NCBI GenBank assembly: GCA_963677745.1 | Contig: OY782391.1 | Span: 672,001 to 736,000, forward strand | From: Candidatus Altimarinota bacterium | GTDB lineage: Bacteria; Patescibacteriota; Gracilibacteria; UBA1369 | Length of the DNA stretch: 64,000 bases | Direction of reading: 5' to 3' | Shown: positions 1 through 12,300 of the stretch, in pieces | Numbering within the stretch: the first letter of the stretch is position 1 | Layout: the number at the start of each line of letters is the position of its first letter | Notes under the pieces: generated by a model | Seen by the model: the letters and a program-made list of their open reading frames with translations, nothing else | What the model was told of the DNA's origin: nothing | Databases searched by the model: none | Translations under genes and position numbers: made by a program

Positions 1-120
1 TTCCTGGCTTTTGGGAACCGACCCCTCCGGCAAAGCCGGCTGATTTTGGCATCCGGAAAAGGATACCAGAGCCATCAACATAACTAATAAAAATCCGTAA
101 ATATTCCTGTTTTTTCTCAT
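1..120 (-). CDS. Lipoprotein, 5' part only (runs off window start)
   Basis: Hand translation from ATG at 120: MRKNRNIYGFLLVMLMALVSFSGCQNQPALPEGSVPKSQE; basic N-terminus, hydrophobic core, lipobox FSGC. Confidence 0.75.
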   Translation of the reverse strand, partial: MRKNRNIYGFLLVMLMALVSFSGCQNQPALPEGSVPKSQE

Positions 121-278
121 TTTTATTTAAATTTAAAGGGCTGGAACTAACTAGATAAAGTCAACATCTTCACTTCTTCTCAATATTAAATTAAAAATTT
201 TAGAAGTAAATACAATATTACTGCACGTCAATTAGAAATAGAAAAAGTGAAAAGAATGTTTTAAAACAAGCAAAAATA

Positions 279-287
279 TGCTATTAT
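279..287 (+). promoter_or_regulatory. Extended -10 promoter for giant protein gene
   Basis: TGcTATTAT 24 nt upstream of ATG 312 in an AT-rich divergent spacer. Confidence 0.45.
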
Positions 288-311
288 ATACACGGATAAA
301 AATAAAAATAA

Positions 312-3300
312 ATGCGACGCAAAAGGGCACCCTCAATTATCTTTAAAAAAGGACGTTTCTGGCTGTATTTCAGTTTGGTTTTTGTTGTTCTGATATTTGT
401 ATTATCTGCCATTTTCGGCCACCTCGCCCCGTTGACAATTCCACAGGAAGAACAGCCTTCCAGTCAAAACCTGAGTAGTGAAACCGGTCTTCCGAAATTG
501 AAACCGGAAGATGAGCTCCAAGATTTACGAAATGAAACCACAAAGCATTATCAAAATCCGGACGGCTCAATCACAGCAGTGATAAGCGCTGCCCCTGTAC
601 ATTACAAAGATGGCGAAGAGTGGAAAGACATTGTACTGGACATTGAGCAGAACACATCTGCAACACATCCCGATTACGCTTTTGCGAGCGTTAAAAATGA
701 AACAAAACGCTTTTATTCGGCCTCCAGCGGAGCCCAAGGCCTAATGATAGACTTCGGGGAAGAAGTCTTCAAAGACTGGATCAACCCTGAAATGCTCTGG
801 CTCAACTCCAAAGGAGAAACTATCAAAAGAGTCAAAGGAAATATTGTAAAAGGAGTCGCATCTTCAAAAAGCATCAACTATCCGATGGTCTATCCAAGCT
901 CCGACGTTACCTTCGAGCAGTCCCCACAAAACAGAAAAATGGACGTCGTTCTCAAGGACAAATCAGCCCTTGCGGACATGCCAGCAGACGCCTCGGAAGT
1001 TGCCTACTGTGAAGAGATGATCGTCCCGCAAGGCTGGACTTATCAAACCAAAACCGAATCGGAAAACCCAAAAATCATCAGAGATATCAACTTCACCAAT
1101 AAAGACTCCAAAGCTGCTGTTAATCTTTATGCACCGGAAATATATGAGCAAAACGACCCGGAACACGTTATTTACGGCAGATACACCCTCAGACAAAACG
1201 GCAACGCCATTACAATCTGTAAAGTAGCACCTACAGACTGGTTGAAAGCCCCTGAAAGACAATTCCCGGTAGTTGTGGACCCCAATCTTTATGCCAGCGG
1301 CAGTATCTATACCGGAACGACTTCCTCTGCTGGAGACAAGTGGACCGGTGACCTTGACGTGGGTTGTTGGGGGTCCTGTACTCCCACCAGACGCGGCTAT
1401 GCCTATTTCGACACGTCGAGCATTATGACAGGGGCTAGTGTTACTTCCTCCAACTTAGCCTTAGCTCCCCGGCAAAATCCTGCATCAACCATGTATGTAT
1501 TTTTCTATGTAATGAGCCTGAACCCCCTGACGGCAACTGGCACCCAAATCTATAATGATACCAGCAGAAGTTATGGAATAGATACCGGTATTACCCATCT
1601 GACAACCGCCACGCTCAACTCATATCTTTCCATGACGCTCAATGCTAACGGAATATCTTACCTGGAATCAAGTTTCTCCAGCCCCAATTATTATGCCGCC
1701 AACATTTACTCCTCTACCAACAGTACTTATGCCCGCTACGACCGCTACGACAGCGGCTTCTCGCCACGCCTGTATGTCTGGTACACCCTGCCGACTATTG
1801 CCGTTACAGCCACCTCATCTTATTGGAACGGCACCAATTATTGGGTAAAATCAGGTGACAACATCACCGTTAACGGGACCACCATTGGGGCTGGTACTTG
1901 TTACGTCTATTGGGACACCGACGAGACTGCTGTTGGTACGGGAGGAGTCACCTGGAGCGATACTTGTGATGGAACTTACGTAGCGCCCTCCAGCACTACC
2001 AGTAACTCACCATATTATGTTTGTATAAGAGCATATGACGCAGGAGTCACGTCTTACACCAACTATATCTGCGATGAGATGTATTATGACTCGATAGCTC
2101 CGACTCTGACCAGCGTGGCTGTGAACAATGGCGCCGCCAACAGTGGCCAAACCGTCAACGTCAATCTCACCGGAGAGGCCGACGCAAATTCAGGACTTGG
2201 TACCGGAGCTCAAATCCGGCTGTCCTGTAACGGTTCGACCTGGTCTGCCTATACCTATTCAGACCCCTCTCCAAACTTCGACACTCAAACGGGAGCTGGC
2301 TGCGTGGCAGGTTTTGGAACCAAGACGATTTACGTTCAAATCCGTGACGCCGCCGGCAACTGGAGTGCTACGCGCAGCGACTCTATTGTCACCTGGGATG
2401 CACCCACCGTGACCGGAATCTCCCCTAATATCGGCCCCTACGACGGAGGAAATACCGTTACCGTAACCGGAACCAATTTCTACACAGGAGCAATTCTATG
2501 GATAGACACAGGCTCCAATAACAGCAACTCCTGTACGGTTAATACCAGTGCATCCATGACCTGTACCCTCAATTCATATACAGGTGCAACTGGAACTTAC
2601 GGAATCTGGGTAGTCACCCATTTAACTTCTGCCACACTACCCTCCGCCTATACCTACATGGGAGCCCCCACGATTTCCACCGGCTCCGATTCGCCCCGTC
2701 CTTTCGTCCCCTACTTCGGCCGATTGAGTCCCAATCCGGAAACCTCAATTGTCATAACGGGTACAAATTTCTATAATGGTTCAACCAACGCCCGAGTCAA
2801 ATATTCAGATATTCAAAGCGGCCTGCCAATGGATTGTGCAACAGTGACAGTTGTTAATACAACAACAATAACTTGTTCAAAGAACTTTAGTGTTGAGGGC
2901 CCGGTTACCAACTGGGCAGTGCAAACTGACAGCGGTATAACTGCAACTGTTCCAAATGGCTGGTATTCTTCCAACTATACCCTTCCCGCTGTAACCAATG
3001 CTACCGGTTACTCCGGAATGGGAATCGCCAACGTGAATTTAATTGGAGATACCACTCAAACACTGAGAATTAATAATTCAACTTCGACCCCAAACGCACT
3101 TGTTCATAACAGTACCCCGCCTTCCTTCCCCTGGTCCACCGCTTTTTACACCCATTATGGTCCCGTACAAAGCGGTACACCACCGTCCTCAACCTTAGGT
3201 ATCCCGATTCTTAAAACTTATACCAGTTATCCAATCAGTATCACTGGCGGAGCCTCTTATAGGATGAAAGTCGCAGTCTGGATAGACATCAACCGTGATA

Positions 3301-6300
3301 ATGATTTTGCTGATTCCGGAGAAATGGTCCTCGCTTATACAGATATTGGATCTGTTGGAGGAACGTTAAGCACCAGCATCTCCCTGCCTATAATAATTTC
3401 CGCGGGACAAACCAGGATGCGTGTTGGATCTGAATATTACAATCGTACCGGTGAAACTACCGGTAACGGTCCAAACGACTTCGGCGAATTTGAGGATTAT
3501 TATGTAACTTTACAAAATCAGGCGGCCCCCACTATTACCTCCGTTTCCCCGGACAAAGGCCCCCTGGCCGGCAACACACTCACGATCGTCGGCACCGGTT
3601 TCCAGACGGGAGCAAACGTCTATATTGGGACACTTGGCGATAACAATAATAAAGCCGACCCCGTCATTATTCAAAAAAATTATCCTTCACTTGGTATAGA
3701 TACCATCACCGCCGTTATTGGTCCGGGTACCCTGGTCTCCGGGACAACCTACAATGTCTATGTCCAAAACTCCGACCTGCAATACGGTACCAAAACCCTC
3801 TCCTACACCCCTTACTCTGCGCCGACTATTACGGCGGTAAATCCTTATTTTGGTCTTACCGGAACCTCCCTCTCCATCACCGGTACCAATTTTTATGACA
3901 ATAGCTCAGTCACCGCCAGTGCCACTCTGAATGGCGGTGCAATTTCCTGTTCCAGGAATAGTATGTCTACCACCACTTATTCATGCAACGCCGGATCTTA
4001 CACCCCGGCCAATCTATATACGGGAGCGAATCCATTTAATGTTTCCATCACCACTGCTTCCGGCTCGGTTAATTCCACCGGCGCTGCTTTCAATTATTCG
4101 CAATACACACTCCCCACACACACGGCGTCAGGATTAAACATTGGTATCACCAATGTCGCCCTGACCGGCGAATCTCCAACCGCACTCAACCAGCCCTCCT
4201 GGGCACCTCCCAGTATCACTCCTTCCGGCTCCCCTGCATCTTTACCCAACATCAGTGGTACCAACGCCTATTTCACCAATTACGCTCCCGGCCAGTCCGG
4301 AGGAAACATTCCGAATTTAAAAAGATATGGAACATACAATCTAAACATCACTGGAACTGCAGATTATTACAATCTGGGTGCGGCCTGGATAGATTACAAT
4401 CGTGATTATGATTTCGGCGAGACAGACGAAGATGTTGTCACTGGAGCATATATTTCAGGAGCGACCGCCAGCACTCCTGTCACTGTCCCCGGCACGGCAG
4501 GCTTGGGACAAACCAGACTAAGAGTTTGTAGCGGCAATAGTGCCTGTGATGCTTCCGGTAACGGACCCACCGCCTGGGGAGAAACCGAGGACTATGTAGT
4601 CAATATTCAGGCCGGCGACGCTCCTACTCTTTCTGCTATTTCACCTTCTGAAGGACCGGCCAATCAGGCCTATTCTGTCTCCATCACAGGAACAAATTTG
4701 CACTCGGGGGCTACTGTTTATTTCGGAGGTAATGGTGCTACAGGAGTCACCGTACAGGAAGACTATCCAGTGGACGGTACTGATACCATCACTGCTACCA
4801 CTCCCTCACTCGCGGCAGGCATATATAATGTTACAGTCACCAACAACGACTCACAGAGCGCCACTCTGACCAATAGTTATCGTGCCTGGGGCGCTCCCGC
4901 TCTTACCAGTCTCAACGGGAACGCGTTTACAGAAGCTTATTATGGAGTTCCGGCGGGGGGAAACACAATCAATATTTACGGTAACAATTTTTATACTAAT
5001 CTCGTAAATCCCATACAGGCTGCCATAGGCGGAAACGCCTGCACAAACCTGACTTTTGTCGATTCAACAAGGGTCACCTGTGTAGTTCCGACTGGCTCAG
5101 GAGAAGGAATAGTCAATGTTACGGTTACCACCGGCCCTAGCAACACTGCGACCCTCACCAACGGTTATGCCTATAATAATTATGGGCTACCACATGTTTC
5201 CGACACATCACATCTACTGGGTATCAGTCTGGTTCAATTACGCGGAGAAACCGGTTACACTGATTACATAAACAACACCAGTAATACAGTCTGGAATCTT
5301 TCCCATTCCTCCTCTCCTCCGGCTCTTCCCTACATTACTCCATATTTCACCAATTATACCCCGTCACAGATTACTGGAAACTCCACTTTGGGCATCCCCC
5401 GACTAATCAGAAACCACACCTATAGTATGACACTGGATGGTGGGACCTGGGCTGAACAAAAAGGTTCTGTCTGGCTCGACAGCAATCATGATAATGTTTA
5501 CAACCAGTCAGGAGAAATTTTGTATAATGGAGCGGTAATACCCGTCTCTGGAAACGTAACTTTTAACGTCAATATTCCTGCTAATTCACAACTGGGCGAA
5601 GCCCGTATGAGGGTTGGAACAGATTTGTACTATTTTAACGTCTATGGTCCCACCACCTACGGAGAATTTGAAGATTATCGCGTTCAAATTTTGAGCCAGC
5701 CCACCCCCACTGTCACCGATGTAAGCCCGCTGGAAGGCGCTTCCGGTGCCGGTAGTACAGTGCTGACTATTACAGGTACCAATTTTGAAAGCGGCGCACA
5801 GGTGGTAATGACAAGAGTCGGTGGAGGCAGTGGTCCTTATACTTATACTCCCAGCTCCATCACCAGTAACTCAATCACAGTCACTGTAAACAATCTTGCC
5901 AGCGGCGATTATGACGTGTCAGTGGTTCAGGCCGATGGCACCACGGGAACACGGTCCAACACTTTCTATGCCTGGCCTGCCGCAACAATTTCCGACGTTA
6001 CTCCCAACTGGCAGAGCACTTCCGGCGGCGGTGAAATTCACATATCTGGCGATAATTTTTGGGGAACCATCAGTATTATGATTGGCTCAACGCCCTGTGA
6101 TTATGCCTGGGTAGATGACCTCTCCAGCGTCTATTGTGATTCGGCACCTGCCCTCACCGCTGGAACCTATGATGTTTCCGTAACCACGGGCACAAATACG
6201 GCTTATGCATATGGCGCTATTACCTACTATGAAAATCCGACGGTTATAGCTGTCGACCCGAACTGGCAGATCAGCTCAGTGGGCGGAGGCAGTCTGACCA

Positions 6301-9300
6301 TCACAGGTACTGGCTTTTTCCCAACAGGAGTTCGACCCGCCAATACGGTAACCATAGGAGGAGTCGACTGTTCCAATACCAATATTTCCTCCTCCACCAC
6401 GCTTACCTGTACCGCCCCTAACCTGACAGCAGGCACTTATAACATCTCTGTTAGTACTCCCGTTGGCACCGGCACAGGAACGAATCTTATTTCCTATTAT
6501 TCAGCCCCGACAGTCACTTCAATTACCCAAACACACGGACCTGATGACGGAGGAGTAACCGTGGATATTTACGGTACAAATTTCCGTGCAGGCGATTCTT
6601 CGGTGACCATTGGAGGCAATCCGGCAACCGAAATCGATGTCATAAGCAACACTCATCTTACAGCAGTGACTCCTGCCGGCACCGCCGGCGCCCCGGTTGG
6701 CATCACGGTAACCAATTCCCCTGACGGACAGTCCGGCACCTTGTCCAGCGCTTACACTTATATGGATGACCCCACCTTTGCCGGCACCACCCCCTTCGTC
6801 CCCCATGCCGGTCCTTCCAACACCGGCGGCACCACCATCACCATCAATGGAACCAATTTCTATAATATAGAAGGCTCCACCCAGACCACCATTTCAGTTG
6901 GTTCCGGCAGTTGCACCGGCATCAGCATCAACGGAGCCCACACTCAGCTCACCTGTACTTTACCCTCACAAACTGCTGGGGCCAAAGACATAGTATTGAC
7001 CACTGCCAGCGGTTTTGCAGAGGCTTTTGGCGGATATATCTATTACGACGCACCAACCATCACTACAGTCGTACCAAATGCTCTGCACACCGGAGCTCTC
7101 GATAGCGGCGTTGAATTAACCATCACAGGTACCAACATCTATGACTCGGAAGGTGTTTCAAGTGCCTATGTCAATATAGGCGGTGTCTCCTGCGACCGCC
7201 GCAGTATGACCGAAGACACCACTTTTGTCTGTCATCCTCCCGACAAAGGCACCGACAACGACTACACTTTAATGCTCTATACCCGCAGCGGATCGGATGA
7301 CTACACTATCCACTATTATGACGCACCCACTGTTTCAAGCGTTGAACCGGATAAAGGCCAGGCGGTTGGTGGAGATACAGTAATTATTACAGGAACAAAT
7401 TTCTATGATGATGGAGTTGCTCCGACCACCGTCACCACTGACGCCGCCGGCCTGGTAGACTTCTGTGTCCCGGCCAGTATCAATATACTTTCTTCCACTG
7501 AAATTCAATGTACTACCGAACCCGGCACAGGTGCTGTAAACATCTATGTTAACACGCCCAGCGGACAATCCGCCGTACTCACTTCCGGCTATCGATATTT
7601 TGCGGCACCAACCGTCACCAGCGTAACCCCCAGTCAGGGTCCAATCGAAGGCGGACAGACAATTACCATTGCCGGTACTAATTTCTACGATTTAGCATCT
7701 CCGGTTACCACTGTAACAATTGGTACAGCTGGTTGCGATGATATGGTCATTGCTCCGACTTTTGACTCTCTCACCTGTACCACCCCCGCCAACACTGCCG
7801 GCACCTATAATGTCACCGTTACGACTCCCAGCGGAGCTTCCAACACCAATATAACTTACCAATATTGGGGCGCTCCGGTTATTAACGGACTTGCTCCCAA
7901 TGGTGGTCCCACCGGCACTTCTATTGAAATTGCCATCTCCGGCTCAAATTTCTATGAAAACTATCCCCCGGAACACCTTACGGTGACCGTAGGTGACGTT
8001 CCCTGTCTTTCTTCAAGTCTGCAAGCCTGGAACCATATACACTGTACCATACCGGCCTTCACGGGCGATCCGGGATCAAAAGCCGTTGTTGTGACAACCC
8101 CCAGCGGACCGTCCAATTCCTTTTATTATACATATTATGATGCTCCGACTATCACCAGACTCACACCTATCTCCGGCGCGCCAGCTGGCAACTCACAAAT
8201 ATATTTCTACGGGACTAATTTTTATGACAATCTGACCTATCCAATCAGCGTATTAATCAATAACAACCCCTGCCAGCTCTTATCTGTTGTCAGCCCAACC
8301 TCCCTCTGGTGCAACATCCCGGCAGGAACACTTCTCCAGGTTGTTGATGCGGCCATCACTACCGGCTCCGGCACTGACACCAAAACCAATGCTTTCGTCT
8401 ATGATAATTACACCGCTCCACTTACCTACGGCACGACCAACAACATGGGTCTGACCAGGGTCGCCCTTTCCGGTGAATCCTCTGCCAGTCTGACACTCGA
8501 CAACACCTCCCTGACCCCCGACAATTTAAGTCATACCTCCAACCCGCCTTCCTTGTCCTGGCCCACTCCCCTCTACACCAACTATGTACCGGTACAATCC
8601 TCCTCTCCGCCCCAGAGCAACCTTGGTGTTCCCGTTCTGGAGAGATATGGCCGATATACCTTTCAGGCAGGTAAGATTTATGGCGCAGACCAGCATCTTG
8701 GCCTGTGGATAGATTACAACAAAAACAATTCCTTTGCCGACGCCGGAGAATTCGTACTCGACGATGTCCATATGGGAATGGGAACTACCACTTACAGTAC
8801 GCCAATCGACATCCCGGCCGCCGCCGCGATCGGCACCACCAGAATGAGAGTGGGTGCTACCGCCACTTCTGAAAACCTGCGTCTGGGCGGTTACGAAGGG
8901 GTTGCTTACGGCGAATTCGAAGATTACCTGGTAAACATCCAAGCCTCCTCTGCTCCAACCATAACCGACTTCACTCCGGGTGTCGGACCAGCTGCCGCCG
9001 GCACAGCCTTCACGTTGACAGGAACGGGTATCAAGCCCGGGGCCCGTGTCTACTTCGACGTTTATCCGGGAGGACCTGAGGCCACACCAAGCCCAATTAC
9101 TTGGATGAATGACACTACCGTTACCGGATTTACCCCCGGCCTCGGTTCCGGCACCAACCACACGGTATTTATTGTTAATCCGGATAATCAATGGGCTTCT
9201 CTCAGCAACGCATACCTGGCCTACGGACTGCCAACCGTTACTGACTTGGGATACACCTATTTCGACCTTCCTGCAGGAGGAACAACCATCAACATCAACG

Positions 9301-12300
9301 GTACCAATTTCTATAACGGCGTCATTCCTGTTACCGCTTTTATTGGATCGGAAGAATGCACCACCACCACCTACGTTAGTCCGACTCAGGTAACTTGCGA
9401 AGTACCGCCCGCCAACCCCTCCGCCGAAGGACCTGTCAGCGTTTACGTTTCGACCGAGTCCGGAGCCGGCACACCTCTGGATAACGCTTTCATTTACAAT
9501 AATTACGGCCTCCCGACGGTTACCGGACTGTTGAACAACTTCGGTACCAGTTTGGTCCAGTTAAGGGGAGAAACCGCTTATACAGACTACATCAACAACA
9601 CCAGCAATGTGCCCTTGAATCTCTCCCACGTTTCCTCGCCGCCTGCACTTCCTTATACTGATGCTTACTACACCAACTACGCCCCTGCCCAAAGTACCGG
9701 ATCCGTCACTCTGGGTATACCGCGGTTAGTCAGAAGCCACACGTACAGCCTTACTATGGATGGCGGAACTGCTTATGATGAAACAGGAGTAGTCTGGATC
9801 GACCTCAATCAAAATAATATTTTTGAGCACCCCGACGAAGCCTTGGCCACTGGTTATATCTGGTTGGCCGGCAATTTGACTACCACCATCACTATCCCGG
9901 CAACTGCCCAACTTGGTGAAACCCGAATGAGGACTATCAGCGGTAACCTCTGGTCTACTCCCTATGGTCCCAACCAGTATGGCGAAGTTGAAGACTATCG
10001 TGTGATGCTCCTATCTCAACCCACTCCGACTGTAACTGACATTTCTCCCAACTACGGTCCACCCAGTTTGGCAACCTCTGACATAACAATTACCGGCACC
10101 AATTTTGACAGCGGAGCCAAAGTAAAAATCGGTACAGAATATGCCACGGACGTCACCGTTGTTGATTCTGCACATATCACCGCCACTACCCCGGCTTTGG
10201 CAGTCGGAGATTATGAGGTGCAGGTAGAACAGGCCGATGGTACAGCTTCCAACATACTGTCCGGAGCGGAAGGCTTCCATGTTCTGGGAGCCCCCACGGT
10301 TTCCAGTATCACTCCCGATGAAGTGGCCGCCGACACCCCCGCCCTGATCGCCACTATCACCGGCGAAAATTTCTACACCACCGACCAATATCCCGTCTCC
10401 ATCAGCGTCGGCGGCCAGCCCTGTGATATCGGAGTAGATGTTCAAAACGCACAAACTATCGTCTGCGAATACAGCAGTCCGGCCACTCCCGGCGTCTATG
10501 ATGTATCTGTTACGACAGGCAGCGACACCGGCACCGGCAATGATTTACTGACTGTCTACGGAGCCCCGACCATCAGCTCGATTGCCCTTGATTACGGGTC
10601 TACCAACGGTGGTGAAACCGTCATCATCACGGGTACCAATTTCTTCCCCGCAGGAGGCAGTCCTGACGTTTATTTCGGCCACTCTCCGGGCGATCTCACC
10701 CCGGCCCCCACCACCCATGTGGACAGTGATACGCAGATCACAGCAACCACACCTGGAGGACGCGGCGTCGGACTGGTTGATGTTCTGGTTACCACCGATG
10801 CCGGCACAGCTACCCTTACTGACGGATATGAATTCCTCCCCCACCCCATCAATATCGACAGCTCAACTTTAACTTCCTACAGCGCCCGGATCGAACCTAT
10901 CAATACCGCCAGCTATAGTTATGCCAATTTCAACCCAGTTAATGAAGACTTTGTAAAAGTCACTCTCTATGAAGAGGGTTCCGGCAATCCGGCTATCGGC
11001 AGAAAAGTAACCTTGTTTGCCAACCCGTCTGCCGGTATCGAAATGCTGATTGCCGACTGCAGAGATCCCCGCCATGCAATCGACGCGACAGAAGCCACTA
11101 CGGACTCACTGGGAACAGGCTGTTTCCGTGTACACAAATCAGGGGTAGCAGACTTTGACATCTCTACGGTCACTTTGAGTGCAACCGTTACCAATGGTAA
11201 TTATAGCGAAGACGCCACTCTTAGCACCACCCGTGAGCTTGAAATCGGGCCTTTTTCTGCCACCTCCACCCTCAATTACCGCTATCGCAATGACGACGGC
11301 TCTGACCTGACGGCAAGCGCTATCGCCGACACCGATGTTCCTTTCTACAACGCCGTCACCAATACGGCTTTCCGACTGCGTTTTGGCCTGACCAGAAATG
11401 TTCCTTCGGGCACCGACAGCATGAGATTTGATGAATTTTCACCAACCACCTCAGTTCAGTATTCAGCCGGAACCGGCTATCTGCCTGCCTCTTTCAAAGC
11501 TTTTGCGGGTGGTTATGCGGTCAATGAAAATAACAACAAACTGTACGTAATCACGCCTTATGAGGAATTAACCAAGACTCATGTCTTCAAATTTGACCTG
11601 AATGACCTGAGTCAGTCCCCCACCTCTTTTGAATTCCCGCCGGTGGTAAACGGTTCCTTGCCTTATGGAGACAGAATCGATGCTCCGATAACTTCGACTA
11701 CCCATAACGTCACCAGAACCTTTATCGACCCGGACAACAACCTGATGTATTTCGTACTTACTCCTTACTTCGCCGACGCTCCCAACCACAGCATCAGAGT
11801 CTACAAAGTGAATCTGACCACCGAAACGGTTGTCGATGTCTTCGAAGAACCTTCGGATCTGCTTGATAACAAGAGCTCAATCTCCTATGATTCGGAAATC
11901 GATCTGACCAACGGTTTCCTCTATCTGACCATCTCCGGAAACGAAGCCCAGGAAGAAAAAAACGCCCGCGTCATGAAGATCAAACTTAACGGGCCGGCCC
12001 AGGCTATGACCGAAGTGGGTCAACTGGTATTGGGAAGTGCCAGCAGGGAAATAACTTCCTCCGTCATCGACCTGACTAATCAATATTTGTACGTCACCAC
12101 CGAGATGCCGCAAAAGATCGTCAAGATCGACCTGGATGTCTCCCCCACCCTTCCTCCCGTCGTTACGGACGAAATCACTCTGGTACCAATTCCTTCGGAA
12201 AGTCCCAATGAAACAGTCGGCTACCAGTCCGCGGTTATCGATACAGTAGAAGGCTATGCCTATTTTGCCTCCTCCACCAACTTCCTGGGAGCCGGATATG

